Notes: a model not told the origin generated them from the letters alone. A stretch of 63,200 bases of DNA, filler included, from Vannella sp. (GCA_023345925.1; 9 parts of 9 records of this genome joined end to end with filler, not necessarily neighbours in it), one strand, 5' to 3'; shown: positions 37,785-48,512, counted from the whole stretch's first letter. Numbers and translations are program-made.

Positions 37785-38501
37785 TTATTGGGAAAGGTAG
37801 TTGATGAGGTTGGTGGTTCCAGTGAGGTATCCTTCGTCGCGTCCTCCATCAGTGATGTGATGAACATGGGCGAAATCAATCATCCGAACAACGGGGGCGG
37901 TGGTGTTAGCGGGCTCGGCGTCGTAGACAACGAGGATGGAGCTGCTGTAGACTCGGACGTGGTGCTGTCCTTCCATCATACGGTGAATCTTCTTGATTTC
38001 CTCAAGAACAGGAGGAAGGACTCGATCTCGAGTCTCTTTGCTGTTGAAGAAGGAGAAGAGGCACTCAGCAATAGTGTCCTTCGTCAGAGCCTTCCCGTAG
38101 GGCTTGTCGCGCTTGACTGCAGCAAGGCCATTCGACTCATCAAAGTACTTCATTCCAACTACGCGAATACCGAGGGTGGACGTTGTAGAACCGTCATCTT
38201 TCTTCTTCATGGACGCGGCTTTCTCAGGTGTTGCGCCCTCTCCAACAGACGAGGTCCCCATCTTGATATCCATCACACATGGCTTAGTCATTCCCTTGGT
38301 AAGATCCTCCATGATGACGAAGGTCTTGCCCTCCTCCACGATTGTGCCGTAACAAGCTGGGGCAAAGCCTGCCAAGAAGGCGTACTTGCTGTCGAGGTTC
38401 TTGTAGAACTCAAACTCCACCTCGCCTACCTTCTTCTGGATCTTGCCTTCCCCAGCCTCACAGAAACCGCCTTCGTGACCTCCTGCTTGGACGACTGGCA
38501 T
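37785..38501 (-). CDS. Inositol polyphosphate kinase (IPK/IPMK family)
   Basis: QAGGH, PCVMDIKMG (PxxxDxKxG), SSSILVVYD, MIDFAH. Confidence 0.93.
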   Translation of the reverse strand: MPVVQAGGHEGGFCEAGEGKIQKKVGEVEFEFYKNLDSKYAFLAGFAPACYGTIVEEGKTFVIMEDLTKGMTKPCVMDIKMGTSSVGEGATPEKAASMKKKDDGSTTSTLGIRVVGMKYFDESNGLAAVKRDKPYGKALTKDTIAECLFSFFNSKETRDRVLPPVLEEIKKIHRMMEGQHHVRVYSSSILVVYDAEPANTTAPVVRMIDFAHVHHITDGGRDEGYLTGTTNLINYLSQ

Positions 38502-38729
38502 CACCAACCGCGGAAAAGGAATGCCCTGCTTTGGTCCCTAAGCGGGATACCGTTCTCAGGCTTTTCCTCCATTCCGTTATCAATGCGAGGACCCGGCTCA
38601 ATGCCAAGTGAGTGGTCGGAGGAAAGGGCGGGAAAAGAGGGCGAGGGCTTTCTTCCTTTGTGGGTTTAGGAATGGGGGAGTGCGTCGTATTGACTATCAA
38701 TGAGATATGTACAGCAGGTAGGGAGGGGA

Positions 38730-41051
38730 CTAGGGAACGGTCGCCAGGGGAAGATCCTGCTTGAGGAATTTGATGTTGGCATCTGCACCGCTACTGGCAA
38801 TCAGATTCATTCGAGAATGACACGCCACACTCTGAATAGACTCGTCAAACTTCTTCCGATTCGCCTAGTCACTCGTCAGAATGGCCCCCAAACAACATAG
38901 CTGGAAGTCTCTTCTTACCATTAGCTCTTGGACACACGTGCGACTTCCAATGTTCCAGATTCTCAATGAGCAGTCTTGTCCTAACACAGGAGAGTAAGTT
39001 TCAAGACCGTAAGGACCAGGACCGGGCTTACCGCCTGAAACTAAATGATCCCCTGTGCGGTCGATTGCGAGGGAGGAGACCCCGTCAAGGTGTCCCACCA
39101 TAGAGTGAACTTGTTCGCAAGAACGGATATCAAAGAACTGAATGGAGCGGTCCTCGTGGGCTGTAAATGCCATTGGTTGGGCTGGATGTGCGACAATCTG
39201 GTTGATCTGAGAGTTCAGGTCCACACCAGAAGAGGAAGGCGTCTTCATGGTGTGGAGGATCTCGGATGTCTCGATATCTACAACGCTGATGGAGGAGTCG
39301 TTGTAGGCGACCAGTAATTGGGTGGAATCGGTGGCCAGGACCGTGAGGGAGGTCGGAATGTACTGGCTATCACCAGATGGATGCATAATCGTCTGCAAAC
39401 AAGGGTTTGACAGTCTCTTATGGTTCCAAATCTTCACTGTCCCGTCACTAGACGCTGAGAATAAGAGAGCTTCTCGATTGGGATGAACAGCCACGTCCCA
39501 AACGGCGTCCGTATGGCCGCTCATGGTACGGATTTGCTGGCTACTTGCTGAACCTACTCTATCGTAAGTTCCAACAGCCAGCGACACACGTATCCTGCTC
39601 ACCATAGCTCCCGAAGGGGTTCACAGAAAGTACATCTTGTGGCAGGCTCCACTTGATGATTTGAGTATCCAAACCTGCACTAAAGAACTCTGTTCCACTT
39701 GTGCTTATAGCACACTTGAGCACGGCCTTGGTGTGACCATAATACGTCTGGATCGGCTCAGCTTGAATCCTAAGAGAGATTAGAGCGCTCTAAACGTAGG
39801 TGGAGACGCTCACTTCTTCGAGTTGATGTTATTGACCTTCCAGAGCTTCAAAGTGCAGTCATCGCTGGCAGAGAGAAGAACGGGGTGCTGAGGATGGAAC
39901 TGGATGGAACGTATGCAATCGTAGTGCGCTCTGGTACCAAGGGTAAGCAAGCCAACGCTGTAAACTAGGTTCTGTAGCTCACCTTGAAGTAGAAACTTGC
40001 TTCCACGTGGAGTAGAGCTTAAAGTCACCCAATCGGTCTTCTAAGAACGAGTCGTTGTCCTCCAGCGCCTTTCCTAATGAAGAGAGGATCGATGTACCAT
40101 CATTCTTTGGTAGTGGTGCCGGGAGAGAGCTCTTCTTCCGAAGGACATCCGCATCATCGGCCGAGGGACTTCGAGCAGTGACTGCGGAAGAGAGAACCAC
40201 GGACTCTTTGCTTCTGCCGTGTGCTGAGGCCAAAGGTGCAGGTGGTGACTCATCCGCCCATTCGTCGTCATCCTCCAAAGGCGCTCCTAAAAGATCAAGG
40301 ATCGTGGAAGAGCTCGTCTTCGTGGGGGGAAGGACTCCTGAAGAGGTTAGCTCTGAGCGGTTGCGACGAGCGAGCTCTCCGGAGTCGTGTAAGTTGACCA
40401 TCAAGTCTTCTGGGCTTTCAACAGGGACGTCGGCAGGCAGAGGGACCGGAACCTGGTATTCGACAGTACTCGCTCTGGCCTGGTCTTGTGTGGCTGGAAC
40501 CAGCATCGTTGTAAGCTCTTGTGACATCTGATGGAGGGTGGCCATCAAACTATGCAACAAGGCGCCCTTGGTGAGCGGAAACGAGGTCTAATTCGCATGT
40601 TTGAAGCTTACTTGGCGACTGTGCCTCGTTGCTGGTCCTGTAAGTGAGCAAGAGAGTTTCCTACAACTTCAGGATGCGCTAAAGTGGCTGTAGGGTCGCG
40701 GAGCTTCCTGTTGAGGGGTCAGAACCAGAGGGATGAAGGTCCTGTGAGTCCGCACCGCTCTGTGCAGAGGATTTGTTCAAGCATAGCTATCCTCCGACTC
40801 TGGTGGGAGATGATAGCACTTTGATATTCGTTCTGCGTGTCCAAAGCAGCCACCTTGGCCTGAAAGGGTTGGCCCCAAAGTCAGGTCCCTCGACGCTTCC
40901 TTTCAGCCTCCCTCCTCACCTGCAAAGTCGTCCTCTCCAGTTCCCAAGCCTCCTGCCGCACCTCAAAGGCATAGCATTCACCCTCAATGACTGCTAAAGC
41001 CTCCCGAAGACTCACTGAAGGACGCCCGGCCAGCTGACCTCTCCCAGCCAT
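38730..41051 (-). CDS. Striatin-family WD40 protein, multi-exon
   Basis: N-terminal FEVRQEAWELERTTLQ and RRIAMLE coiled coil; WD40 SASDDCTLKLW, GHTDAVWD, TAHEDRSI, HRKKFDESI. Confidence 0.85.
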
Positions 41052-41098
41052 CAGCCTGCAAATGATAATGAAAAAGCCAAATTTTAGGTCCATAGGAG

Positions 41099-43264
41099 TC
41101 ATTTTGAACCAATTTGAACACGTCGGAGAGGGCGGCGACCTGTGATTGGTGGAGAGCCGCCGGAATTGGGAAGGTCTTTTCGGGACGTTGCGTTGGTGAG
41201 GAGGTTCAGGCGCCACTCAATGGTTCTTTGGGAGGGTGTAAAGATTCCTTTGCGCTCGGTGCAATGGAGATGGAGGGTGAAGAGACCTTGGGAGAGACTA
41301 TTTGGAGAGGAATTGTTCGCTTTGTACTCGATTTGGTTGCAAGTCAGCCGCTCTTCCTTCAGATGGCGTCGAAGGGAAGTCAAGAACTCGACTGTACGAG
41401 TTAATCGACAAGTAAAGTCCCAGAGAAGCCCGCTAATGTTGCCCAAACGGTTTTGGCGTTGCACGAGAAGACACTTGCTCATGATGAACTGAAGAATGTG
41501 CTCCTCCTTCTCACTCCAGGCGTCTCTCTGCAGTGGGAAAGACTCAGAATGTTCCAAGTTACTCTTGTAGAACATAGCAGACACAAGACCTTCCGAGGGA
41601 ACCGAGGAACTTCGATTGCAGACCAAAGAGAGTTCATAGCCTTGGCCAAAGCGGAGTATGAAGGAGTGGGACTTCTTGCTCCGCACGCTCTTGGCCAGTT
41701 TCCAAGGAATGAGCCCGTGCATGACATCCAGATCATCGGAAAGCTTCTCCAGTTGGTCCTGGACTTCTCTCTGCTTCCTGGCAGGAGAGGCGCGAGTGAC
41801 TTTCTCCAAAGGGCTGGGCGGGAGACTGCAACATCCCTCTGGTTTAGACAAGACAGTCTTCTCTAGACCCTTTGAGATGGTGTGGAGGGATCTAGCTAAG
41901 TCAATCAGATAGTTTTGGTGCTCCTTTTGCATTTCAGCTAATTGTGCGTTCCACTCAATCTTGGCTCTCATGACGGCTGCTCGTTGTATCATTTGAAGCT
42001 TACGCCGTACAGTGTACTCTTCTACTTCAAGAGAACTCCAGGTACTTCCAGTGTCAGTCTGGAGCTCGTTTCCCAGAGAGTGGATGGAAAGACACTTTGT
42101 GCGAAGTGACTTGGAGAGTCTCTGGCGCGTTTCTGAAGCGTTCTCAATCATTCTAGCTTTGAAGAAGAGCTGAGTAGTTGATAGTGAAGGATCACTGTCA
42201 ACACAGCGAGAGAGAAGAGTGGTCAAAGAGTCCGAAGGAAAACCGAGAGAAACCTTTCGGGAGGAGCGATTGAACAGATTGAATGACATCTGGGCACCTT
42301 CTAAGAACTCTTCAAAAGTATGCTCTTCCTTATAAGTAGAGGAAGAAGAGGAGGAAGACGGAGAACCAGCAGGAACTGAGCAGTCAGTAGGGGCCGGGGA
42401 AGAAGGTGCGTTATCCCAGGAGTTATCAGCAGACGGGGAGCGAGAGAAGCAAAGAATATCCCCAGTAGTCTCGAAGCATGAAAATGAATCCCCGTCGTCA
42501 TCAGAGGAAGAAGCGTTGGATGGAGAAGAGTCCATTTCCAAGGAGGAGGCGTCATTGATATCCTGTTGTTGATCAGCAGCAATGAGTTCTTGCAAAGTCA
42601 CTTGCGCAGTGATGTTGTGGATGCAGTGGTCGTTGTCCTGAGGAAAGAATCGAGTTTCCGAGGACTCCTGAGAAGGCGAAGCGGTGACTTCCTCCATCAC
42701 CTGACTTCCTTCCTCTACAGACACGTTCTCCCTTCTCCTCAAGGGTGAAGTCGCCACATCAAGGAAGATACGAGCCGTTGAGTCGTTGTCAGACGAGCCG
42801 GAAAGCCGACGACGCCGGAATTCCGGTTTTGGGGATTCCGGCGGATTGAGTTTCCACGCGTTGGCTGTGAAACTCATGTTGGAGCTGGAGGCAGAACCAA
42901 CAGAGGCTGCACTCTGCTCCAAAGTCTCTTCAGGGTGGAACTCACCTGAGTCAGAGGATGAAAAGCCAATGAAACGGGCTGTACGTCGTCTGCAAGGGGA
43001 CTCAGAAGGTGAGAGGAGGGGTGGGAAGATAGGAGAGGGCTCGTCGTTCAGGTGCTCTTCGATCTGAGGCAGAGGAAGCGGTGAAGCCGGAGCAGGAAGA
43101 GAACGTGCGTGAGCTCGACGATGGATCAGTTGTACACTCGTTCGAGAATGAAAGGACACTCGTCGTCGACGCTCCTGCACCGGCTTATATTCATCCTCGT
43201 CAAGAAGAGGCAACAAAGGCGAAAGGGAGCCTCTAAGGCAAGAGAAAGGCGCGTTTTCACTCAT
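41099..43264 (-). CDS. KNL1/Spc105/Spc7-like kinetochore scaffold, apparently single exon
   Basis: RRRRVSF PP1-docking motif, Ser/acidic disordered middle with MELT-like MEEVT, TFEEFLEGAQMSF Spc7-like motif, coiled coil, C-terminal globular region. Confidence 0.6.
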   Translation of the reverse strand: MSENAPFSCLRGSLSPLLPLLDEDEYKPVQERRRRVSFHSRTSVQLIHRRAHARSLPAPASPLPLPQIEEHLNDEPSPIFPPLLSPSESPCRRRTARFIGFSSSDSGEFHPEETLEQSAASVGSASSSNMSFTANAWKLNPPESPKPEFRRRRLSGSSDNDSTARIFLDVATSPLRRRENVSVEEGSQVMEEVTASPSQESSETRFFPQDNDHCIHNITAQVTLQELIAADQQQDINDASSLEMDSSPSNASSSDDDGDSFSCFETTGDILCFSRSPSADNSWDNAPSSPAPTDCSVPAGSPSSSSSSSTYKEEHTFEEFLEGAQMSFNLFNRSSRKVSLGFPSDSLTTLLSRCVDSDPSLSTTQLFFKARMIENASETRQRLSKSLRTKCLSIHSLGNELQTDTGSTWSSLEVEEYTVRRKLQMIQRAAVMRAKIEWNAQLAEMQKEHQNYLIDLARSLHTISKGLEKTVLSKPEGCCSLPPSPLEKVTRASPARKQREVQDQLEKLSDDLDVMHGLIPWKLAKSVRSKKSHSFILRFGQGYELSLVCNRSSSVPSEGLVSAMFYKSNLEHSESFPLQRDAWSEKEEHILQFIMSKCLLVQRQNRLGNISGLLWDFTCRLTRTVEFLTSLRRHLKEERLTCNQIEYKANNSSPNSLSQGLFTLHLHCTERKGIFTPSQRTIEWRLNLLTNATSRKDLPNSGGSPPITGRRPLRRVQIGSK

Positions 43265-43427
43265 AGAGAAGTACGTAGAGGTGGAGCAGGTCAAAGGAGA
43301 ATGAAAGAAGCCCTCAGAACCCCTGCTTTATACACCAGCGCCCAGAAAGGGCGGCAAGAGCAGCTTCACTTCTCCAAAGGAACCGCCGGAATCCCAACGG
43401 CCTCCCCGCTTCTCCCTTGCAGCCAGC

Positions 43428-46400
43428 ATGAAAGTGAAGAGGTTTGTTGATGCAGAGGAATCGTTTGAAAGCGCTAAATCATTGTTTGGCAGGTCGTGGG
43501 GGATGGCGGAGGGGTTTTTGCCCTTCTTTCTCCGGGAAAGGTGCGGTTTGGAGGAAGCTGACGTTGCTAGATACACTCCACTGTTGCAGGAGCATCGTAT
43601 AACGAGCGCGGAGGTCCCCGACTTGACGCATGAGCTTCTGAAGGAGATGGGAATCGTCGCTGTGGGCCACCGTCTTCGTATCTTACGGGGAGCGAGAGAG
43701 CGAGGTGTAAATCTCTTGAATAACGAGCGACGGGAGAGTCCTGCGAGTCCCCCTCCAAGCATCAAAGAAGCGCCCACAGTACTGCCACCTCCCGTTGTCT
43801 CTTTCTCTCCTCCAGAGAGGCCTCTTGCCAGGAAAAGCACTCCCGTAGAGACAACCAGAGAAGCGAAACAGGATAACTCGCTTTGGAGCTTCGAAGTGGA
43901 GGAGGAGGAGGACCTCAGCGGAGAAGAGGATGACGAAATCGTTCTTTCTGGGCCTAAAGGTGTCAAGGATGCTCCCCAGCCCGAGTTTGAGAGTTTCGCA
44001 CGCTATAATCCACTTGTAATCAACAGGCCCAACTGCAAGATCCCGCCCCCGTTCTCTCAGCTCCCTCAAACGCTTCAGTTTACCGCCAACTTGCGCAAGT
44101 ACCTCGAAACCATGTTCCTTACCTGCCAAGTGCCTCCACGCTCTCACCAGATCCATGCTCTTGAGCTTCTCATCACCGATCTCTTGACGAAGGAGCAAAA
44201 ACGTCATCAGAGCGATCACCAGGCCAAAGCGCACGAGGTAGAGCCACTGAACTACTTGATGCAGCATTCAATTGGTAGTGGGAAGAGCCTTATCATAGCT
44301 GCATTGACCTACCTCCTCTCTACCATCACCCAACTGGAAGAGCCGATCTTCGACATTGTCATTGTCTTGAACGATCGCAAGCAGCTTGATATGCAGCTAT
44401 GGGGCACTGTTTCTAGTTTCCTGTCCACTCACGGGATCCGCCTTGATCACTCAAGCAAGCCCGCTACTTCAGAGGAATTGAGAAACATTCTTGTAGGACT
44501 GGGAGCTGATGATGCGCCCCGGGGGAAGGCCGTCATTCTCTTCTCTACACTGCAGAAGTTCGTGAGGATCAACTCACTTGAGAGCCCTGAGGCTGTGCGT
44601 TATGCCACGACCAGGAAACATCGGATTGCTGTAATTGCTGACGAAGCGCATCGTTCTCATGGGCACAGAGGCTCGCGGTTGCTTCATGACTTTTTGACTG
44701 GCAGCTCTCGCCAAGACCACGACATCACTTACTTTAGCTTTACTAGCACTCCAACTGCACAGGCGTTAGAGATGTTTGGCAGTGCGCGAACGGGGGATAG
44801 TAAGGAGCCCTTCCATTGCTATCCTATTCGCAGTGCAGTGAATGATGGGCACATCTGCAACCCGCTCCTTAACTACATCACAGTGCGAACTAGTGCAACG
44901 ATAACCGAGAATTTATCAGATTCCTCCAACGACCGGGAGAAAGTCCATCGGACTAGAGCTGTCCAGCATCTTACACGGGTGACGGCATCTAGCTACGAAC
45001 TATTGCGTTCTCGGGCTGTTTACGTGGTCAAACACTTTGTTGGCGAAATCTTGGGAAAATGCCAAACGCCAGAGTTTTTTCCGAAGGCAATGTTGGTTGC
45101 TGGCTCTCGCCTGAGCATTCTCCGTTATCGTGAGCTCTTGGAAAAGGAGATTTTGAATCTGCCTGAAGCCAAGAGGTTTGAAGTGGTCTGCGCATTTACT
45201 CCTTTTCTTCACTTGGGGAAGACCTATCATGAGGAAGAAGTCAATTCTCGGTACGGGTCGAACTTTCTTTGTGAGTTTCAGTCTCCAACCAGCCCTGTGA
45301 AGATGATCATTGTCCACTCAAAGCTCCTCATTGGGTTTGATGAGCCCATGCTCCATACCATGTACATTGACCGAGCGTTACGTGGTACATCTTTGGTCCA
45401 AGCTCTTGGCCGCATCTGTCGTACTGCACCAGGAAAGAAGACAACCTGCGTTGTTGACTTTGTCAATCCCCGGAAGGTCGTTGCCCGAGTCTTTGGGCTG
45501 TACTGGAAGAAGACCACTGTCGCCGTTTTTGAGAAATACGACTCTGACAAAGAGAAGTTCTCGCGTGCTGTAGAGAAGCTCAGACTGTATTCCTGCTTCA
45601 TGAACAAGAAAGACCCTGAATTTTGCTTCTCCTACTTTAAGAAAGAGAGTCTCTTTAGTCCTCAGGTCATGAATGATGTGACTCGATTGTGCAAGACTTA
45701 CTTGCGGATCTCTGATATCATCCAAGAGGAGAGCCCAGCAGTGAACACGACCAAAATAAGAGGCTTTTTGCAGCTCGTATCATCTGAGAACAATGTCAAA
45801 GATTCCATGATTGTAAGGAGAGCAGAACAGACAATGAAAGTTCATAGCGCGAGCCTTACTGAGGTGGATTCCGGTCCAATTGTGCCTGCTACTTGCCTCC
45901 GCCTGAAATCAACACCTCGTAAAGTGAGCACAAGAGACTCTGAAGCACCTTCTGCAGTGTCTTCCTCCGATCTCATAGCCGTTGCCAATGAGAGGTTCCA
46001 AATCACGCAAAGCCGCCTTTCCTCGAACGAGCCCTTTTCCCGAGAAACCCCCTTTATCGAACAGCCTGAAGGAATCTCTGCTGGCACTATGGAGTTTGCC
46101 AAGACTCTCCTCCGGCGCAGTGGTGAGAAGAGAGAGATGGAGCAAGCCAAGAGAGAGAACCAACCGATCGATTTGGAGAGGGAAGATGTCATTGAAATTC
46201 ATGACGCGGTTCCAGATCCAGATCCTCCAACAAAAGCGACTGGATTCAGACCTCCTCTCAAACTTGTTCCTAGAGTTGTTGAAATAACGAAGGCCTTGCA
46301 GATGATACAATCTACTGATGCTACAGAAGTTTGTGAAGGGCTCCACTTGATTCAGAAGCATGTGGAGTTTGCTGACAACAAGGTTGCCTTGCAAGGGAAC

Positions 46401-47453
46401 GACCTCATCCAAAAGCTCATCACATTGATCCGCACAACTCCCAGAGAACCTCAAACAGAGGGGCAACTTGCTAGTTGTCTTGACATTCTCACGTTGTTCT
46501 GCGACTGCACGAATGATATTAACGCTACAATCAAGTTTGGTTTGCTCTTTCAATTGAATGGGCTCTTGCTACCCTTTGCAGGAGCTCCATTGGTCATCTC
46601 AGGATGTCAATTGCTCCTTAAAATTGCTGATATTGGCAAAGAGGACTGCGTAGCAAAGATCTCAAACACAGATATCATCCCAAGTCTATCACAATACTTA
46701 CTACGAGACTCTCTACCCAAAGAGGCTTTGAAAGTGATTCTCAAACTGTTGAATTCCTTCGGGAGCAACACGTTCTGCCTTCAAAAGATGGAGGCAAATA
46801 ACACTATTCAGCGTTTGCTTGATCTTGTCATCAAAGAAGAGGAGGATATATCTATCTGTCAAGTGGGCTGCGATTCTCTTCGCAAATTTGCGCAAAGCAA
46901 TCAGACCATCCGGAATAAGCTTAAATCAGCTCAGCAGTGGCGTGACCACTTTGGGCGTGTAATTCATACATGCCAGCAGAACTCACTGAAACGAGATATT
47001 TTGACTCGTTTTGTTGAATTCATTTGGGGACGGAAGCGTTTGCGCCCTCCGCCGGCTCATGCTCCTAATCCAAGGAAGAAGGCTAAATACGCAACTCCCA
47101 ACACTACTCCAACAATGACAGTGAGCCACTCCATTTCCTATCAAGGTGCTCATGGAGGAACTGGCCGATTGAGACCACCTGTTCATCTGCCTGTCTATCC
47201 ACCCAATCAGCCCTCTTTCCATCCTTCGAACCCCGTTACCTATTCTCCATCTCCAGCAACGATAGTGAACCAATCCATCTCCTATCAAAGTTCTCCTACA
47301 GGAACTGCCCGATTGAGAGCACCTGCCCACCCACCCAAGAGCCAGCCCCCTTCCAAACCCTCGAATCCGCCTTCATCTCCTCCGTCTGAGTTTTTTGATT
47401 ACCCCAATTCTGCTCGAGTCGGTGCTAATCAAAGAAGATTCTCTCCCATTTGA
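43428..47453 (+). CDS. SAM domain + Type I restriction HsdR-like SF2 helicase/translocase + ARM-like helical region, 1341 aa, apparently intronless
   Basis: SAM: YTPLLQEHRIT..LTHELLKEMGIVAVGHRLRIL. HsdR-type: PRSHQ, YLMQHSIGSGKS, VIVLNDRKQLDMQL, STLQKF, IADEAH, YFSFTSTP, KLLIGFDEPMLHTMYIDR, VQALGRICR..PGK..VVDFVN. Confidence 0.85.
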   Translation: MKVKRFVDAEESFESAKSLFGRSWGMAEGFLPFFLRERCGLEEADVARYTPLLQEHRITSAEVPDLTHELLKEMGIVAVGHRLRILRGARERGVNLLNNERRESPASPPPSIKEAPTVLPPPVVSFSPPERPLARKSTPVETTREAKQDNSLWSFEVEEEEDLSGEEDDEIVLSGPKGVKDAPQPEFESFARYNPLVINRPNCKIPPPFSQLPQTLQFTANLRKYLETMFLTCQVPPRSHQIHALELLITDLLTKEQKRHQSDHQAKAHEVEPLNYLMQHSIGSGKSLIIAALTYLLSTITQLEEPIFDIVIVLNDRKQLDMQLWGTVSSFLSTHGIRLDHSSKPATSEELRNILVGLGADDAPRGKAVILFSTLQKFVRINSLESPEAVRYATTRKHRIAVIADEAHRSHGHRGSRLLHDFLTGSSRQDHDITYFSFTSTPTAQALEMFGSARTGDSKEPFHCYPIRSAVNDGHICNPLLNYITVRTSATITENLSDSSNDREKVHRTRAVQHLTRVTASSYELLRSRAVYVVKHFVGEILGKCQTPEFFPKAMLVAGSRLSILRYRELLEKEILNLPEAKRFEVVCAFTPFLHLGKTYHEEEVNSRYGSNFLCEFQSPTSPVKMIIVHSKLLIGFDEPMLHTMYIDRALRGTSLVQALGRICRTAPGKKTTCVVDFVNPRKVVARVFGLYWKKTTVAVFEKYDSDKEKFSRAVEKLRLYSCFMNKKDPEFCFSYFKKESLFSPQVMNDVTRLCKTYLRISDIIQEESPAVNTTKIRGFLQLVSSENNVKDSMIVRRAEQTMKVHSASLTEVDSGPIVPATCLRLKSTPRKVSTRDSEAPSAVSSSDLIAVANERFQITQSRLSSNEPFSRETPFIEQPEGISAGTMEFAKTLLRRSGEKREMEQAKRENQPIDLEREDVIEIHDAVPDPDPPTKATGFRPPLKLVPRVVEITKALQMIQSTDATEVCEGLHLIQKHVEFADNKVALQGNDLIQKLITLIRTTPREPQTEGQLASCLDILTLFCDCTNDINATIKFGLLFQLNGLLLPFAGAPLVISGCQLLLKIADIGKEDCVAKISNTDIIPSLSQYLLRDSLPKEALKVILKLLNSFGSNTFCLQKMEANNTIQRLLDLVIKEEEDISICQVGCDSLRKFAQSNQTIRNKLKSAQQWRDHFGRVIHTCQQNSLKRDILTRFVEFIWGRKRLRPPPAHAPNPRKKAKYATPNTTPTMTVSHSISYQGAHGGTGRLRPPVHLPVYPPNQPSFHPSNPVTYSPSPATIVNQSISYQSSPTGTARLRAPAHPPKSQPPSKPSNPPSSPPSEFFDYPNSARVGANQRRFSPI

Positions 47454-47856
47454 GTTGCTCTCTCTCTCTCTTCCTCCTTCCTTCATTCTTGCCACTCACG
47501 GGTAAATCCAACATAAACCCGCCTGGTCTCCACAAGGCCGCCCCAGTTGACCAAAGCAGTTTTCTCCTTTTCAAAAGGCAAAGCCAGGCATCAAAAGGAA
47601 ACCTTCGGGATGATCTGCTGACTGTACAACACGGCATAGGCCCTGTTGCCGGACTAGTTGTCGCCCAACGCCCTTCTTCGGCCTCTGCCGAGATGAAGTT
47701 GCGGTCGTCAGCCGCATTAAGGAGTGGAGGGAAGCCTTTCACTGGTTGGGGAGGAGAATTCGCAGGTCTACTGCTGTGTCTCATCCTCCGCGAGTCCAAA
47801 CAACTCTCTATTATGATATCAGCCTTATTGCAGGCATCTGTTGTCCGTATGTCGTA

Positions 47857-47956
47857 NNNNNNNNNNNNNNNNNNNNNNNNNNNNNNNNNNNNNNNNNNNN
47901 TTAATTAATTAANNNNNNNNNNNNNNNNNNNNNNNNNNNNNNNNNNNNNNNNNNNN
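47857..47956. other. Artificial contig-joining spacer
   Basis: N44-TTAATTAATTAA-N44. Confidence 0.99.
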
Positions 47957-48512
47957 GCGGTCGTGGAGCAGGTCCACGAGGAGCACTTCCAAAGACTCCT
48001 GTGGAAGCCAAAGAAGCCGTCCAACATCCGCAGCTCTCTCGCAACCAAAAACAGGGAACAAACGCTATCCCTTCATCTCCACTCACCTCACAGAAACCAA
48101 AATCAACCGAAACGTTGCCAATCGTGAATATTCCGGTCAAGAGTGAGAAACCAATTGGAGTGGTATCCGATAGAGTGATAGAAAGTGTACTGCCACCCTC
48201 TAGTCTCCCTTCTCCTCCAGTTACCGAGGCTCCTCAAGACACCAAGAGCCCAACAAGCCGTATGTTATCCGAAAGCTTCAACTCGTGAAGAACTAACAGC
48301 CATCAGATATCAAAGAATGGAGTGTCGAAGAAGTGGCCCGCTGGATTGGCGAGATTGGGTTCGGCAATGTCGCTCATCTCTTCCAGGAGAATTGTATCTC
48401 CGGTGCTGAGTTGGTGGATCTGACTAACGATGAGCTTAAAAGTGATCTCGGCATTACAGCATTGGGTGCCCGCAAAGCCATTCTTCGCCTCGCCCAACAA
48501 CTCAACACTTAA
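47957..48512 (+). CDS. C-terminal SAM-domain protein, 5' truncated, intron ~48260-48299
   Basis: Last exon reads EWSVEEVARWIGEIGF..LFQENCISGAELVDLTNDELKSDLGITALGARKAIL. Confidence 0.85.

Noticed and set aside
43428..47856. A bacterial Type I R-M operon or contaminant contig
   Set aside because: No hsdM/hsdS and no nuclease motif seen. The ORF carries eukaryotic SAM/ARM/NLS parts and shares a contig with spliced eukaryotic genes.
47425..47856. Minus-strand open frame running to the contig end
   Set aside because: It could be a 3' gene fragment but has no recognisable features, so it is not supportable as a call.
43428..48512. Apparent cluster of two SAM-domain genes (possible partner system)
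   Set aside because: They are separated by the 47857-47956 spacer and so lie on different contigs; the adjacency is not evidence.
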